Shown piece by piece: positions 1 to 24,351 of a stretch of 64,000 nt of DNA. The stretch is from Paraspadella gotoi (Eukaryota; Animalia; Chaetognatha). The notes beneath the pieces are model-generated. The model was given only the letters and a program-made list of their open reading frames with translations. It was not told the origin of the DNA and ran no database searches. The DNA lies in contig CM119264.1 of assembly GCA_051294375.1 (NCBI GenBank), positions 15,030,682 to 15,094,681 on the forward strand, given 5' to 3'. A program made the translations under genes and the position numbers. Position 1 is the stretch's first letter. Each line of letters starts with the position of its first letter.

Positions 1-782
1 TTTTGAACCTCCCTGGAACTCGCCCTTCCCGCGATGAGGCAACCTGACCTCGAAACCTCCCGGACTGACCTTATCCAGAGTACCATAGAGAGCGGGGTGT
101 CGGAAAAGACTACTGAGGACAATAAATACGATTATAACTGGGTAGAAGTGTTTTGGTGAAAAGAAGGAAAGAAAGGAGGAATGGAGAAAGGGAGGAAGAG
201 AGAAAGAACCCAACAGCAGAAGGTAGTAAGGTGGCCGACACTAAATCAATTTATTTTGTGGAGAAAAAAAAATAAAAAGGATCTAGGATCTAGGATCCTT
301 TCATAAAATGGGAAGAAAAGACGATTATAAGATCATTGAGGAAATTTTGGGAAACCGGCACGGTGAAAAAAAGAATTGAAGTTTGGTTATAAGCAGGATT
401 TTTGTAGCAACTAAAACTAAATAAAAATGTACAGTATTTCTTAAAAATTTACTGTATAAAAGATGTTATAAATAAATAAAAACAATTTCATTCTTATGCT
501 CACATCATAGTTGAATAATCCATAATTTACACATCTCATAATATTTTTTCTCCGCGATAATTTTTTTTCTACGTTCGTCCTCCAAATGGAAGTTCCGTGT
601 CTCTTTTTCAATTTCTATGCTAATCTCTCGTTCCTCCCTCCCTTCCTCTTTCCCCTTTTCTTTTTCCTTTCCTCCTCCCATTTCATTCCTTTTTTTTTTC
701 TTTCGCCCAACGTTACTTTCCCGCTTTTCTTTGCTCCCACTTTTTCTTTGTTTCTTAACATAACTCCTCTCTCTCCCAAACT

Positions 783-1367
783 NNNNNNNNNNNNNNNNNN
801 NNNNNNNNNNNNNNNNNNNNNNNNNNNNNNNNNNNNNNNNNNNNNNNNNNNNNNNNNNNNNNNNNNNNNNNNNNNNNNNNNNNNNNNNNNNNNNNNNNNN
901 NNNNNNNNNNNNNNNNNNNNNNNNNNNNNNNNNNNNNNNNNNNNNNNNNNNNNNNNNNNNNNNNNNNNNNNNNNNNNNNNNNNNNNNNNNNNNNNNNNNN
1001 NNNNNNNNNNNNNNNNNNNNNNNNNNNNNNNNNNNNNNNNNNNNNNNNNNNNNNNNNNNNNNNNNNNNNNNNNNNNNNNNNNNNNNNNNNNNNNNNNNNN
1101 NNNNNNNNNNNNNNNNNNNNNNNNNNNNNNNNNNNNNNNNNNNNNNNNNNNNNNNNNNNNNNNNNNNNNNNNNNNNNNNNNNNNNNNNNNNNNNNNNNNN
1201 NNNNNNNNNNNNNNNNNNNNNNNNNNNNNNNNNNNNNNNNNNNNNNNNNNNNNNNNNNNNNNNNNNNNNNNNNNNNNNNNNNNNNNNNNNNNNNNNNNNN
1301 NNNNNNNNNNNNNNNNNNNNNNNNNNNNNNNNNNNNNNNNNNNNNNNNNNNNNNNNNNNNNNNNNNN
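783..1367. other. Assembly gap (N run); others at 2022-2046, 10306-10350, 10577-10661, 37383-37616 and smaller sites
   Basis: N characters. Confidence 1.
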
Positions 1368-2150
1368 AATTTGTCTCTCAACACCTCAAGTACAGAAAAC
1401 AATTCTTTGTTTTGAATGCTCTCCGTATTTCTACGTTACACTTAAACTAATTTAGTAGTGTATCTTTATTTGTAAGTGTTTACATTTAGTTGTTTAATTA
1501 ATTTAAATAGACATTTGACATTCTGTAAGTAAATATATATTATATAACTTTGGCGATGTTACGTATATATGTTTAGACATAACGTATACATTATATAAAT
1601 AGCATTATGTATCTTGTAAACCAACAGTTGAGAAGGTAAATGGTTGAAAAGAGATCTTGGAATCGCTATAATGGAGTGAGCGATTGGGTGGGGTCAACGC
1701 AAATCTAACCCAGACAGCGCTCTCCTCGATAATGTGCCGGCACTGTACCGGCACAACGTCGGCAACGCCGTCCGCATTGTTTTTTCCTAACGTTTCTTGT
1801 CGGCGTCGACGCGCAAAGATGCGACTACTCTGCGTCGGCGCTGCGTTTAGTGCGTCTGCTGCCTCTGCGCCGCCTCGGCGACGGTTCCAAACCGAGAGAC
1901 GGAAATCTTTTCCCCCGCGAGGTCGATTTGCGTCTTTATGAAATCTTGGCTGAAGCGAAATACGAAATGAGGCGACAGAAGTGAGAATTTCAAAGCGAAA
2001 GAAAAAGTGAAAACGCTGCAGNNNNNNNNNNNNNNNNNNNNNNNNNAAAATAAAATCGTTATCCTTACCGTGAAAGCAATTTCCTTTCATTCTTCAATCA
2101 ATCTAATCTTTGGCTCTTGTCGAATAAAAAGGAATCTCGTTTTGAGATTT

Positions 2151-2215
<65 letters not shown>

Positions 2216-4544
2216 GAAGAGAGAGAAGAGAGAGAAGAGAGAGAAACGAGAGAGAGAGAGAGAAAGGCGAGCGCGATTAGTCCATGAACAGAAGCTCGTA
2301 ATCCGGGCCATTGTTGTCGTTAGCGTTACGGCGTCCCGGTCTGAGTTCCTCATTCAAACAACGAGCGGCTTTTATTGTGAAGTGATTTCGCACGTGACTC
2401 GCGCCACCTGCGTTTCTACGCTGCGATTCACGCCAGTGCCCTTTTCGTCGTTTGCGCTGACTAAACCCGTTCTACTACAGCACACGCGCTTTTTCTGTAC
2501 TCTCGAAAAAGTTGAGGAGTGGATATCTTCCCAAACGAGGCGTTGGAATCAGTCAGTTTGAGTAATAGATGCCAGGGAACGTTAGGTTATTTGGCCCCGT
2601 TTGAGAAGGATTTTAAAAATTCAAAAAATGCGCTCACACCCAAAATTTTTTTTAATAACAATATTTGCTCTAACGGCGGTTATTAATGAAGCTAGTCCCT
2701 AATCATTGCTATAAATACTCCGAGAACGGAGGCCTACATAATGATGTATAAAATTTTGATTAATTGTATTTTTTTTTTTGTTTTAAAAATTAATTCACTC
2801 AAAAAATTCAAGAGTATTCTTAAAAGGTGCAAGGTAGTATTCCATTTTTAATTAAAAATGATTTTGAAGAAGACAGTTTTAATAAAAAAAACATTAAATT
2901 TTAAAAAAATTATTTTTAAATACCAAATATTTTTGAAAATTATAAAAATATATCATAGTCTTAAAACTAATTAAAATTTTTTAATAAATGGGTTGAAAGA
3001 GGACATTATGCTGATTCCAAATTCTGTTTTTGTTTTAAAATTTGGATTATCGTTCTTTACAGGCTCATACATTTGAAAAAATTAAGAAAATCACCCCTTT
3101 TCCAAAACAATAAGAAAAACTGAAACGGGTCATGGATGAAAAAAATGAATTAACTTTAAAAGATATCTTCCTTGCTAATAAATTTTAATGAGAAGAAAAG
3201 GATGCCAAAGATATCAAAGGAAGAAGTGGCTTATTTAATTTTTAAATGAAAAAGAAATCAGATCTTATCTTACCAGATGAAAAAAAAGTGGCGCGGTGAC
3301 TTTCCAGTATATTCGGCATTTAAAAAGAAGAATCGAAATAAATTTAGAATATCAGAACATTGGGCCTTTTTTGCGATTCATATAGCTGTGTTCATTTATT
3401 AAAATGACAAAATACAGAGTTCCATGTTAAAAGAAAATGCTGTCAAAAAAATGCTTCCTTCATTTTTATATCTTTTTTATAATCTGTACTTTTTTATTTT
3501 ACTCATGTCCGGTTCTTTTTTAATTACTTTGAGTTAAAAATAAACCAATCTACAATCCCTGCCTTTTTCAGTTAATGTCAAATGGTTATTGCATTATCTC
3601 CATTAGGATAGATTAGGGATGAATCTCAATCATATGTTCAAAAAAGAGCAATACATTATTAAAATACATTGATGCTGTAGATGATATAGAATATTATTTT
3701 TAAAATTGTAAGTATCAAAAAATTGTAAGGTCCGGGTAACCTTCTGTAAGCAAAGTGATCATTTTTTATTACCTTTGATGTATTATCAAATCAATATCAA
3801 ACAAGTCGCAAAAAATAAAAAAATAAAGATTTTTTAAAGTGAAAGACATGAATTATCATATTATGCGAGCATAACTCAAGCCTGGTTACTTATAGAGGAT
3901 CAATCTCTTTTCACTGTTGCTAAGACCATTTTTTGCCCCAAATCTGATAAATCATTTCAGAGATATAATTTTAACAATAATGAGTAGTTATCTTAATCAA
4001 AAAGAAGTGAAAAAGTTAGAAGACAACCCTTTTGGGAAGTATTTGAATGCATTGAATAATTTAATTCTGTTGAGAAAATAATCATTTATATTCAGTCTAG
4101 GGTCATATTCCTATTAAAACTTATTCATTAAGCCAAAAAAAATATTTGACTATAAAATTACTACTTTCAAACCGCGACTCTTTTTTTTTCCATCATGGAA
4201 ATACAGCAATTGTAGCATTCTCCCGCAGCAAGCGACTGTGGTCAGAAGGCTCTTTTGCAGAATGAGGGTTAGTAAGGGACTTAAATTTGATGTTATAAAG
4301 AAGCAGGCTCAAGGGCAGAGTGTCACAATAGGAAGACTTTACTATTTGTTTTAAAGCCCGTAGGGGACGCCAATTGAAGCCAATAAGTAAGGTGGACAGC
4401 ATAAAATTTCTTACAGCCTCTCTACCAGCTGTAACAACTAACACATTGGCCATGGTTATCATCATGTTTTATCATGTTTAAGTTTATCTAACAAACGAGC
4501 TTAGTTGTTGAACCCATTGTTACGAATAACTATTTTTAATTACG

Positions 4545-5290
4545 AGGAATCCAGCTTCTCGATCTTTTCCCCGGTTGCTCTTTTGCTCTTTATTACTGAC
4601 ATCGGAAATTGACACCTCTATCAAAATAGCGATCGACAAAAACGACAATCTTTAGGCTCTTTCTTGTTTAATTACTTTAGTACAGAATCCCGAAGGCAGT
4701 GTACAGCTGATTCTGAATTGGTGCCGTGATTCGATAGATTTCGATTAAGATTCTTTAATCGAATTCTGGCCAACGGCATCTCAATAAAAGTTGTCACCGG
4801 GTTTTTAGTTCTTTCAGACATTAGAACTCTTTTATTAGATATCTCGGAAATCTTATTTTATTGTGTGATCGCTGGTTTGGTGGACTTTTCTATGAGAGAA
4901 GCATCTCTTTTTTGGTTAATAATTGGCTTCAGAACAGTAAGAAAGACACTTTTAAATTTATATATATATTTGCTGAGTTGTATAAATGTTTTGTTATTCC
5001 TTGCCCAGGACTTCTAACTTTAAGACTCTTCTTCTAAGACCTACAGACCTTTCGTCAAGTCCTGGCTTGCGTAGACAGTCGTCATTTCGGCCTTAAGCCA
5101 ACGTCGTCTACTGAAGACTTTGTCGTCAGCATCCCCAGGGCGTCTGACCGGGCGCCATCGTCTCTTGCTTCTGGCGCCATTTTATAAACCCGATTCCATC
5201 TGGTCTTCAATGTGCAGAATTAGCCTAGTCAGTAGATTCAAAAGACGCCACTTCTCCTATTCCGAATTAAGTTCAATAACACCCCATAAC
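4545..5290. repeat. ~750-bp repeat unit, re-occurring at ~7400-8540
   Basis: Shared blocks GAATCCAGCTTC, CCGAAGGCAGTG, GATCGCTGGTTTGG..GAGAGAAGCATCTC, TTGCTGAGTTG, GCCCAGGACTTCTAAC, AGCCTAGTCAGT..CAAAGACAGCCAC. Confidence 0.8.
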
Positions 5291-7399
5291 TGGACAGTCA
5301 GTGGTCTTGGAACTGCCTTAGAACTGGAAGTGTCGATGCAACTTTAATAATTGTCATTCCAGTGATTTCATGGTCCCACAAGGTCTTCTCTTGTGCAACA
5401 AGTTCCTCTTTGAAGCTTATAAGCCAAATGATTGTTTTATTAGTTGAATGATTGATTGATTTATTGATGTTATAATCCATTGAAACGCATTATCTCTGAA
5501 TGATTAAAGATTGTTGCTTATTGATTGATTGAATCTAGGTTTGAATGTTTGAATGTTTAATAAATGATTTATTATGAAATTGATTTTAATAGAGTAAGTT
5601 AATTAAATGATAATTTTTCTTGCCTTCCTTTTCAATTCGAATAAATTTTCAAATTCTAAATTTTTCATTTTTGGTGGTCTTCATTATTTTTCTCTGTCCC
5701 TTTATAAAATATTTGTTGTCTTCCTCCAAAAATCTAGATAGAGTAGTCGGCTATTCTTTTCATGGGTTTCCAATGCTTTCCAATATATCGTTGAGGTATA
5801 GTCAAATATCCAAGTATTTTTGGTTTAACATAGTTTTATTAACGACGGAAAATGATTAAGGTGATGACAAAGGTTACGACAAAGGTGTAACAATATAAAC
5901 AATTTTAATGATTAATTGAAGAAGAGTTCTTTCTTGAGTTGAGTTTGGATGTTGGGGAGAATGCCTAGAGTTCTTCTAACCAATTTTGACCATCGATCCT
6001 CCGTTGGTTTCTCTGTCTGTCTGATTGGTCAATTAAGGTTAAATGAAGTCTGTGATTCTCGCATTCTGATAATTCGTGAAGAAGACGAGCAATCATTCCG
6101 TTGATGATATGTTCGATTCAACTACAGCCTCCAAAATTCGCAACATTTTCTGACATTACATTTTTTGACATCAACAACAACTGACTAACTCACAATGTCT
6201 CCGCCTCACGGTCTCCAGCCGTGGGCGTCAATGTCTCCAATAAAGAAGAACGGCACTGAAGACGGAGATTGAGATAAAGCAATGCCCCGCAGATTAAAGA
6301 CCCGATCCTTATCTGGCGCAGAAAATGAGCGTTTGGACGAAGGTTCGCCAACTAAAATCGTTTTTAGACATTTTTTTGAAAATCAGGACGAAAACGAAAG
6401 TAAAGCAAATTTTATAAAATGTTGACCTCGTTCATGGCAGGGCGCGTGCGTACTGTAGTGCTATGAATGTATTAACTATTGTCGTTCTTATATTTTTTCT
6501 ATCTATATCAAACAAAAGAATATTTAAATGGTTTGCAGTTTTATCTTAATTATTTTTTTTTCTTTTTTGCTTTTTTGTTTTTAAAATTTTTATTTAATTA
6601 CTTCATGCAATCTCTGGCTTTCTTTAAGTATCTTCCTTTCTTCTCTCCCTCCTTCCTGCTTTCTCTCTCTTTCTTTTCTTCTTTTTTTTCTAATTGTTTT
6701 TCTTTCTTCTATCTTTCGTCTCTTTCTTCTTGTCCTTTTCTTTCATTTTCTTCTCGCTTCTCTTTTTCTCCCGTCTTTCTTCCTGCTTCTCTTTCTGTCT
6801 TTTTTCTCTCTAATGTTTGTCTCTTTATATTTCTCTTTTCTTCCTTTTTCTTTCTTTCTTTCTTTTCTTTTTTTCTTTCTTTCTATCTTTCCTTTTTCCA
6901 ATTCCTTTCTTCTTTTTTTCTTTCTTTCTATCTTCTTTCTTTTTTTTTTTTTTTCCATCCTTTTGTCTTTCTTTCTTTCTTTTTTTTTTTCTTTCTTCTT
7001 TTTTCTTTCTTTCTTCTTTATCTTTTCTTCTTTTTCTTTCTATTTTTCTCCCTTGTTACGAAACATTGTTACGACGGAAATCATTATCAATATATATCGT
7101 GGAAACCAAACTCTCTCTTTCACCCGCCGAGGCTCTTTTATTTCATTTTACTAACGAAGGAGAAATTCTATTTCTGTCCGCGATCATAGCGACAATCTCT
7201 AGTTTCGAATTTGTTATCATAGTAATAATATACTTAGAGTAAACAGTTCTCCGAGTGGCTACGATGGCTGTTTCTGATTGGGTTTCCCGCCGTTTCGTTG
7301 TTTCAGCATTGATTCTATCGACGGGTAACCTCTTCAGTTGTTCAGTCTTGCAATGCGTTTTTTTACTACTTTTTAAAAAGAATACATAAAATCCTATTT

Positions 7400-8540
7400 T
7401 AAGAATATCTCGGAAACTTCTTTAATAAGAAACTATGATCGCTTGGATTGTGGACTTTCCTTGTGATAGAGGCAACATTCTACAAATTGGCTTCAGAAAA
7501 AAAAAGAAACAGAAACCAGTAGATGGATTCTTTAAAACTTTATATATATATTTGCTGAGTGGTGTATTAAATGTTTTGTTATTCTTGCCCAGGACTTCTA
7601 ACTCTCTCTCACTACTTCAGGATACCAACTAGAAGTGCTGGGCTTAGACTTTGTCGTCAGAATCATCTTGAAGCGTCTCGATCGACGCGGCGCCAACGTC
7701 TCGTCTCCGCGCCATCTCAACTCGAAATTCTCTCGTTTGGTAGCGCAGGATCAGCTCAGAACAGTTAGTTGTCAAAGACAGCCACCCTCTTACGAACTTA
7801 GTTCAATACAACTAATCTTTTATAACTACGATGAATCCAGCTTCCCTACCTTTCCCCGTTGATCTTTTGTTCTTTTTACTGACAAGAAAATGCCTTCCCC
7901 GTTCTAGCGATCGGCAGCGACACTTTAAGCTCTGCTCTTTTGTTTATACCTAAGTACACATTTCCGAAGGCAGTGGTACAGATGATCTGATTTGGTGCCC
8001 GGGATTTCGATAGATTAGATTGATCTAATCGAAAGTCTATTTCCACGTGGTATCCTCAGATCTCCAAGGTGGCACTGGTATTAGTTCTTTTCAGAGGCAA
8101 TATTAACTCTTTTAAAGAGACTCGGAATCTTTTATTTTTTGTGTGATCGCTGGTTTGGGTTGGACCTTTTCTAATGAGAGAAGCATCTCTTTTTTGGTAT
8201 TATTGGCTTAGAAACAAGTAAGAGACACTTTAAACTTAATATATTTTGCTGAGTTGTATTAAATGTTTTGGTTGCCCAGGACTTCTAACAACAACAAGCG
8301 TCCGCATACATTGACTTTGTTCAAGTAATGGCTTCCATAGTTCGTCGTTCTTCGGACTTAGCCCGACGTCGTTCTACTGAGATATGGTCATCATCAATCT
8401 CCAGGGCGTTTTGACCGGCGCCTTCGCTCTTTTGCACCATTTTTACCTGAATTCCTTTGGTCTTTCATGCGCAGAATAAGCCTAGTCAGTTAGAACTCAA
8501 AGACAGCCACTTCTCCGAACTCTAAGTTCAATACACACCC
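7400..8540. repeat. About 1.5 tandem copies of the unit at 4545-5290
   Basis: The same blocks appear in order B-A-B, with many small indels between copies. Confidence 0.75.
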
Positions 8541-9184
8541 TTCCTTCCTTTCTTTCTTTCTTCTTTCTTTCTTTTCCTTTCTTTCTTTCTTTTCTTTCTT
8601 GTCTCTCTTTGTCTTTTTCTTTCTTTCTTCTTTCTTCTTTTTCTTTTGCTACTCTTTTTCTTTCTCTTTCTTTTTTCTTTTCGTTCTAATTTTCATTTTT
8701 TTTACAGGGACTTCAATCTGAAGTAATACAGAAAAAAAAACTTGTATATAATCAAAAGGAAGAACGATCTGTGTACTTTATCCCCTTTCTAAAATCATAT
8801 GCAATTTTTTCATTCATTAAAAAATTAATAACACTTCTCCTTTGATATCTTTGGCTAATCTTTTTCTCCTTCTCATTTTTTAAATTTAAAAATTTTAATA
8901 GCAGGAAGATTATACTACTTTTTTAAAAGGTTAATTTTTCATCAGAAATTGATGATCGGTAATTCTTTTTGAGTTGTAGTACAATCTGGCAGTCATTTTC
9001 AATTGTGTTTCTTTAAGGTTTCTTTTAGGTACTACTTGATAATCTTCTCAATACTCATGTTCAATTCAATTTTGTTTCCATTAAACCGTAATTTCAGTTT
9101 CCAGAACCTTGAGAAGTCAGGTGTCGCAATCAGCGATTTGGACTAAAGGAAAAACCTCAAGATGAATGACATTCAGACAAACAA

Positions 9185-9221
<37 letters not shown>

Positions 9222-9321
9222 CTTTGAGTTTTTTCGCTTTTCTGTAGGAAAGATTTTTTTTCTTCCTTCGTCGGCGAATCAGGACCCGAGTCCCCATTTC
9301 CGCTCCGATCGCATCACTTTT

Positions 9322-9374
<53 letters not shown>

Positions 9375-9918
9375 TTTCACAGCCAAAACTTCAATAAAAA
9401 TCCTACCGCGTGAAAGTTATTTCGATTTTCATGCCACATTTGAACCGTCGCTCGAACGCGTGTTGGCGGAGGTGAAGGCGGTTGCTAGGCAACGGTGTAG
9501 AGGAGGATTGGCAGAAATTACGAGAGAAATATGAAAGAATTTCTAGCATCGTTGCAGAATAATTGGTACAATTACGTATTGCATAATGCATATTCTCTTT
9601 ACTTCCAAAAAATGCATTGAGCTTGTGGGCAACGCGACGACGCGGACTGTGGTCATTGGTCATTGGACAGTGGTCAATGGTCGTAGTCAGCTGGTTGACG
9701 GTGGACCTGAAATCTGGACCACTAACAGACCGCTTCAAATACACCAGCAACTTTTTTCGAAAATATTTCTTTACTTTTATCTTCATCCTCTCTTTCGTTT
9801 TTTAATATTTTTTTCTTATCCCTCACAGGTTCGTAAAGGAAATTCTTTTGGGAAGCCGTCAGTTGAGTTGAGTGAGAGAGAGAAAGAGAGGGATGAGGAG
9901 AGGGAAGAGAGGGAGAGC

Positions 9919-9953
<35 letters not shown>

Positions 9954-10989
9954 TGAGAGAAGAGAGAGAGACGCGCCAGATAAGGGACTCTGCTTTAAAA
10001 AATCCTCCCCAAAAAAATGGTTTGGAGTTAAGCGCAGAAAAATGGGGCGAGAGACTTGGCAGTTTCTCCTGACGGTGAGAGCTGGCCGCCTTTTCTTTCC
10101 TTTCTTTTTCGTTTCGAGGAGAAGAAAAAATGGACGACGTTCATCAGCTTTCTTTGGTTAGGGAGCGCTCAGCGGTAAGCATTGGGTAAGCACTAAGCAG
10201 TCTTGGCTTACGACATTTAATAAAAATTAAGTTTTCGTAAAAAAGCTCGTCTTGGATTACGGAATATAATAAAAATAAAGTTTTCGTAATAAAACTCGAA
10301 AAAAANNNNNNNNNNNNNNNNNNNNNNNNNNNNNNNNNNNNNNNNNNNNNTCAATATTATTCATGAACTTTCCTCTCAAGATGGTGACTTCCTCCGTTTC
10401 GTTTCGTAGCAGATAATTGCGAGATGTGCGTCGTAAAACGAGATAGAGAATCTCTCTCTCTCTCTCTTCTCTGCTCTCTCACTTCCTCTTTCTTCCACGG
10501 TTATATGGACGCTTATCCGGTAGGATTTTCGGATCCCGCGGCGGGACTTCCTTCACCTCTCTCCCCTCCTCTCCTCNNNNNNNNNNNNNNNNNNNNNNNN
10601 NNNNNNNNNNNNNNNNNNNNNNNNNNNNNNNNNNNNNNNNNNNNNNNNNNNNNNNNNNNNNCTCCTCCTCCTCTTCATCCTCGTATTCTACAATATTATC
10701 TTCCTTACCTGATCTTCGCCTTTCGAATATTCTCCCTCTTTCCCCATCCACTTTACTTCTTTTCGTTAAAATACATTTCCTTTTCTCTTCAACCCCTAAC
10801 CTCGCTCCTTCCAACATTCTCAGAATCTCCGTCTCGATCCCTCTTCCGCTTCCGGCGCCCCCTTCCGGTCCCGCTACCCATGCGGCGCCTTCGAAGTCGC
10901 CTCACGTGTTCACCGGCGCCGCTTCAATTTGTTTTTCATCTCATTTGCATTTTTAAGACGGAGAGAAACGGGAGGATCGGAAGCGAGAG

Positions 10990-11177
10990 AGGCCACAGCG
11001 AAAGGCCAGGAGTGAACCGTGAAGTAATCCGAGAGCAAAAAGGCCAGGAGTGAAAGGCAAGGAGTGAACCGTGAAGTAATCCGAGAGCAAAAAGGCCAGG
11101 AGTGAAAGGCCAGGGGTAAACCAAGAAGTAATCCGACAGCGAAAAGGCCAGGAGAGAAAGGCCAGGAGTGAACCGTT
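10990..11177. repeat. Minisatellite built from AAAGGCCAGGAGTG / AACCGTGAAGTAATCCGAGAGCA
   Basis: Three to four imperfect copies are directly visible. Confidence 0.85.
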
Positions 11178-11566
11178 AAATAAGAAATAATAAGCAAAGA
11201 AATGAGAGGGAAAGCGATTTTATTGGATTGAAAGAAGCAGGGATTTGATAAGAAGAATCTGGGACCAACGAGAGGAGCGAAGAGAAGCGGATCCCTTAGG
11301 CGAAAGTTATGGAGGTCGAAGAGAAGGAAGAACAAGATGGGGTTTCGCGGGAGCAAAGAAGAACTTTTTTAAATAAATACAATTTTCTGTAAAAAGTTAT
11401 TGTGGCTAAACCAACTGATATTTAAGTTATTTGTATTTACGTCCCAAAATAATATTACAGTAGAAAGCAACGCGCCAGTTTAACTTACTTTAAAACGCAG
11501 TAAAAAAAAGAGGCTACAATGGATCACCGCTTAATTTCGCCGCTACTTCTCCTCTTTCGCCGTCAG

Positions 11567-11611
11567 GTCAACTAATTATGTTCTCAATGGCATCCAAGAG
11601 AATTACGATCC
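11567..11611 (+). CDS. Possible additional upstream exon of the Ig-RhoGAP gene
   Basis: Pyrimidine tract + CAG, GTAAGC donor. One open frame (GQLIMFSMASKRITI) ends in phase 1, compatible with exon 12112, but lacks the expected Ig B-strand Cys. Confidence 0.3.
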
Positions 11612-12111
11612 GTAAGCCGAATCGTTTGACTCTGAGGCGCTGGAACGAGGCGCGGATTATCAGCAGTTAGGATCCCCTAGTTGCGATTAATGTTTCCCCC
11701 TCTAGGGGGCGCACGAGGTCATTCGCCGGGGCCTCTGCCCCCATCTTCCCCCTCCCCACCCCCCATCAACGGGTGCTTAGCTCGAGGCGTCGACGCGATG
11801 TTGCGGAAGAAGAGCAATACATTCGTCCCGCCCGAAGGGAGCCAACTTTCCTAGCCAAAGTTGTTGTTGTTGTTGTTGTTGTTGTTTTGTTTTTAAATCT
11901 TGCTGTGGTCCTTATTGACGATGATGATCGATCGATATTGTTATGATAACGATTATGATTGAGCAGATGACGAAAAAAATGTCATAACCATGGAAAATAC
12001 TACGTAACGAAAAGACTTTTAAAACTAATTTCGAAATTCTTTTCTTTCGGTTTTAAAAGCATCGAGTCAAATTGACAAGTCGGACGAATTTTTATTTCCT
12101 CTCTCCGCCAG

Positions 12112-23955
<11,844 letters not shown>

Positions 23956-24351
23956 CAAACAAACTCTACGAATCGTCTCATTTCGAAGTCAAAAAAGATA
24001 AAATTATTCTCAATCGGACACTCGACAAATTGATAGTCTTTATTTACATTTTGAATTTTGGTCATTTGTCTCATCGATTCTTTAACTCGACTTTTCCCGA
24101 TAATAAAAAAAATTTAATAAATTAAGAATGAGGTTTTTTTTATTGTAAAGTAGTAAACTGGAAACGCTGGTGAATTTTAAAAGTTCAAAATTTTAGCTAC
24201 AATAATGCAGCAGTCATTACTTATGTTCGAGAAAAAAAATCTGTGAGACTCGAGAGTCCCGTGTCATCACTGAAAGACAAATGTTCGAATTACCAACGAA
24301 ATAAGTTTCATTTTAAAAGCAGCATATATTTATTCTGCTTCTCATTTCCCT

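Noticed and set aside
70-112. Possible 43-nt minus-strand exon (SLFRHPALYGTLDK)
   Set aside because: Splice signals are plausible, but it is too short and at the window edge, with no recognisable homology.
586-1455. Long ORFs of 289 and 215 aa
   Set aside because: They span the N gap and are artefacts.
6479-7242. Phe/Leu/Ser-rich membrane-like ORFs, and similar ones at 13.0, 15.6, 33.4, 35.3 and 60.4 kb
   Set aside because: Translations of pyrimidine-rich low-complexity DNA.
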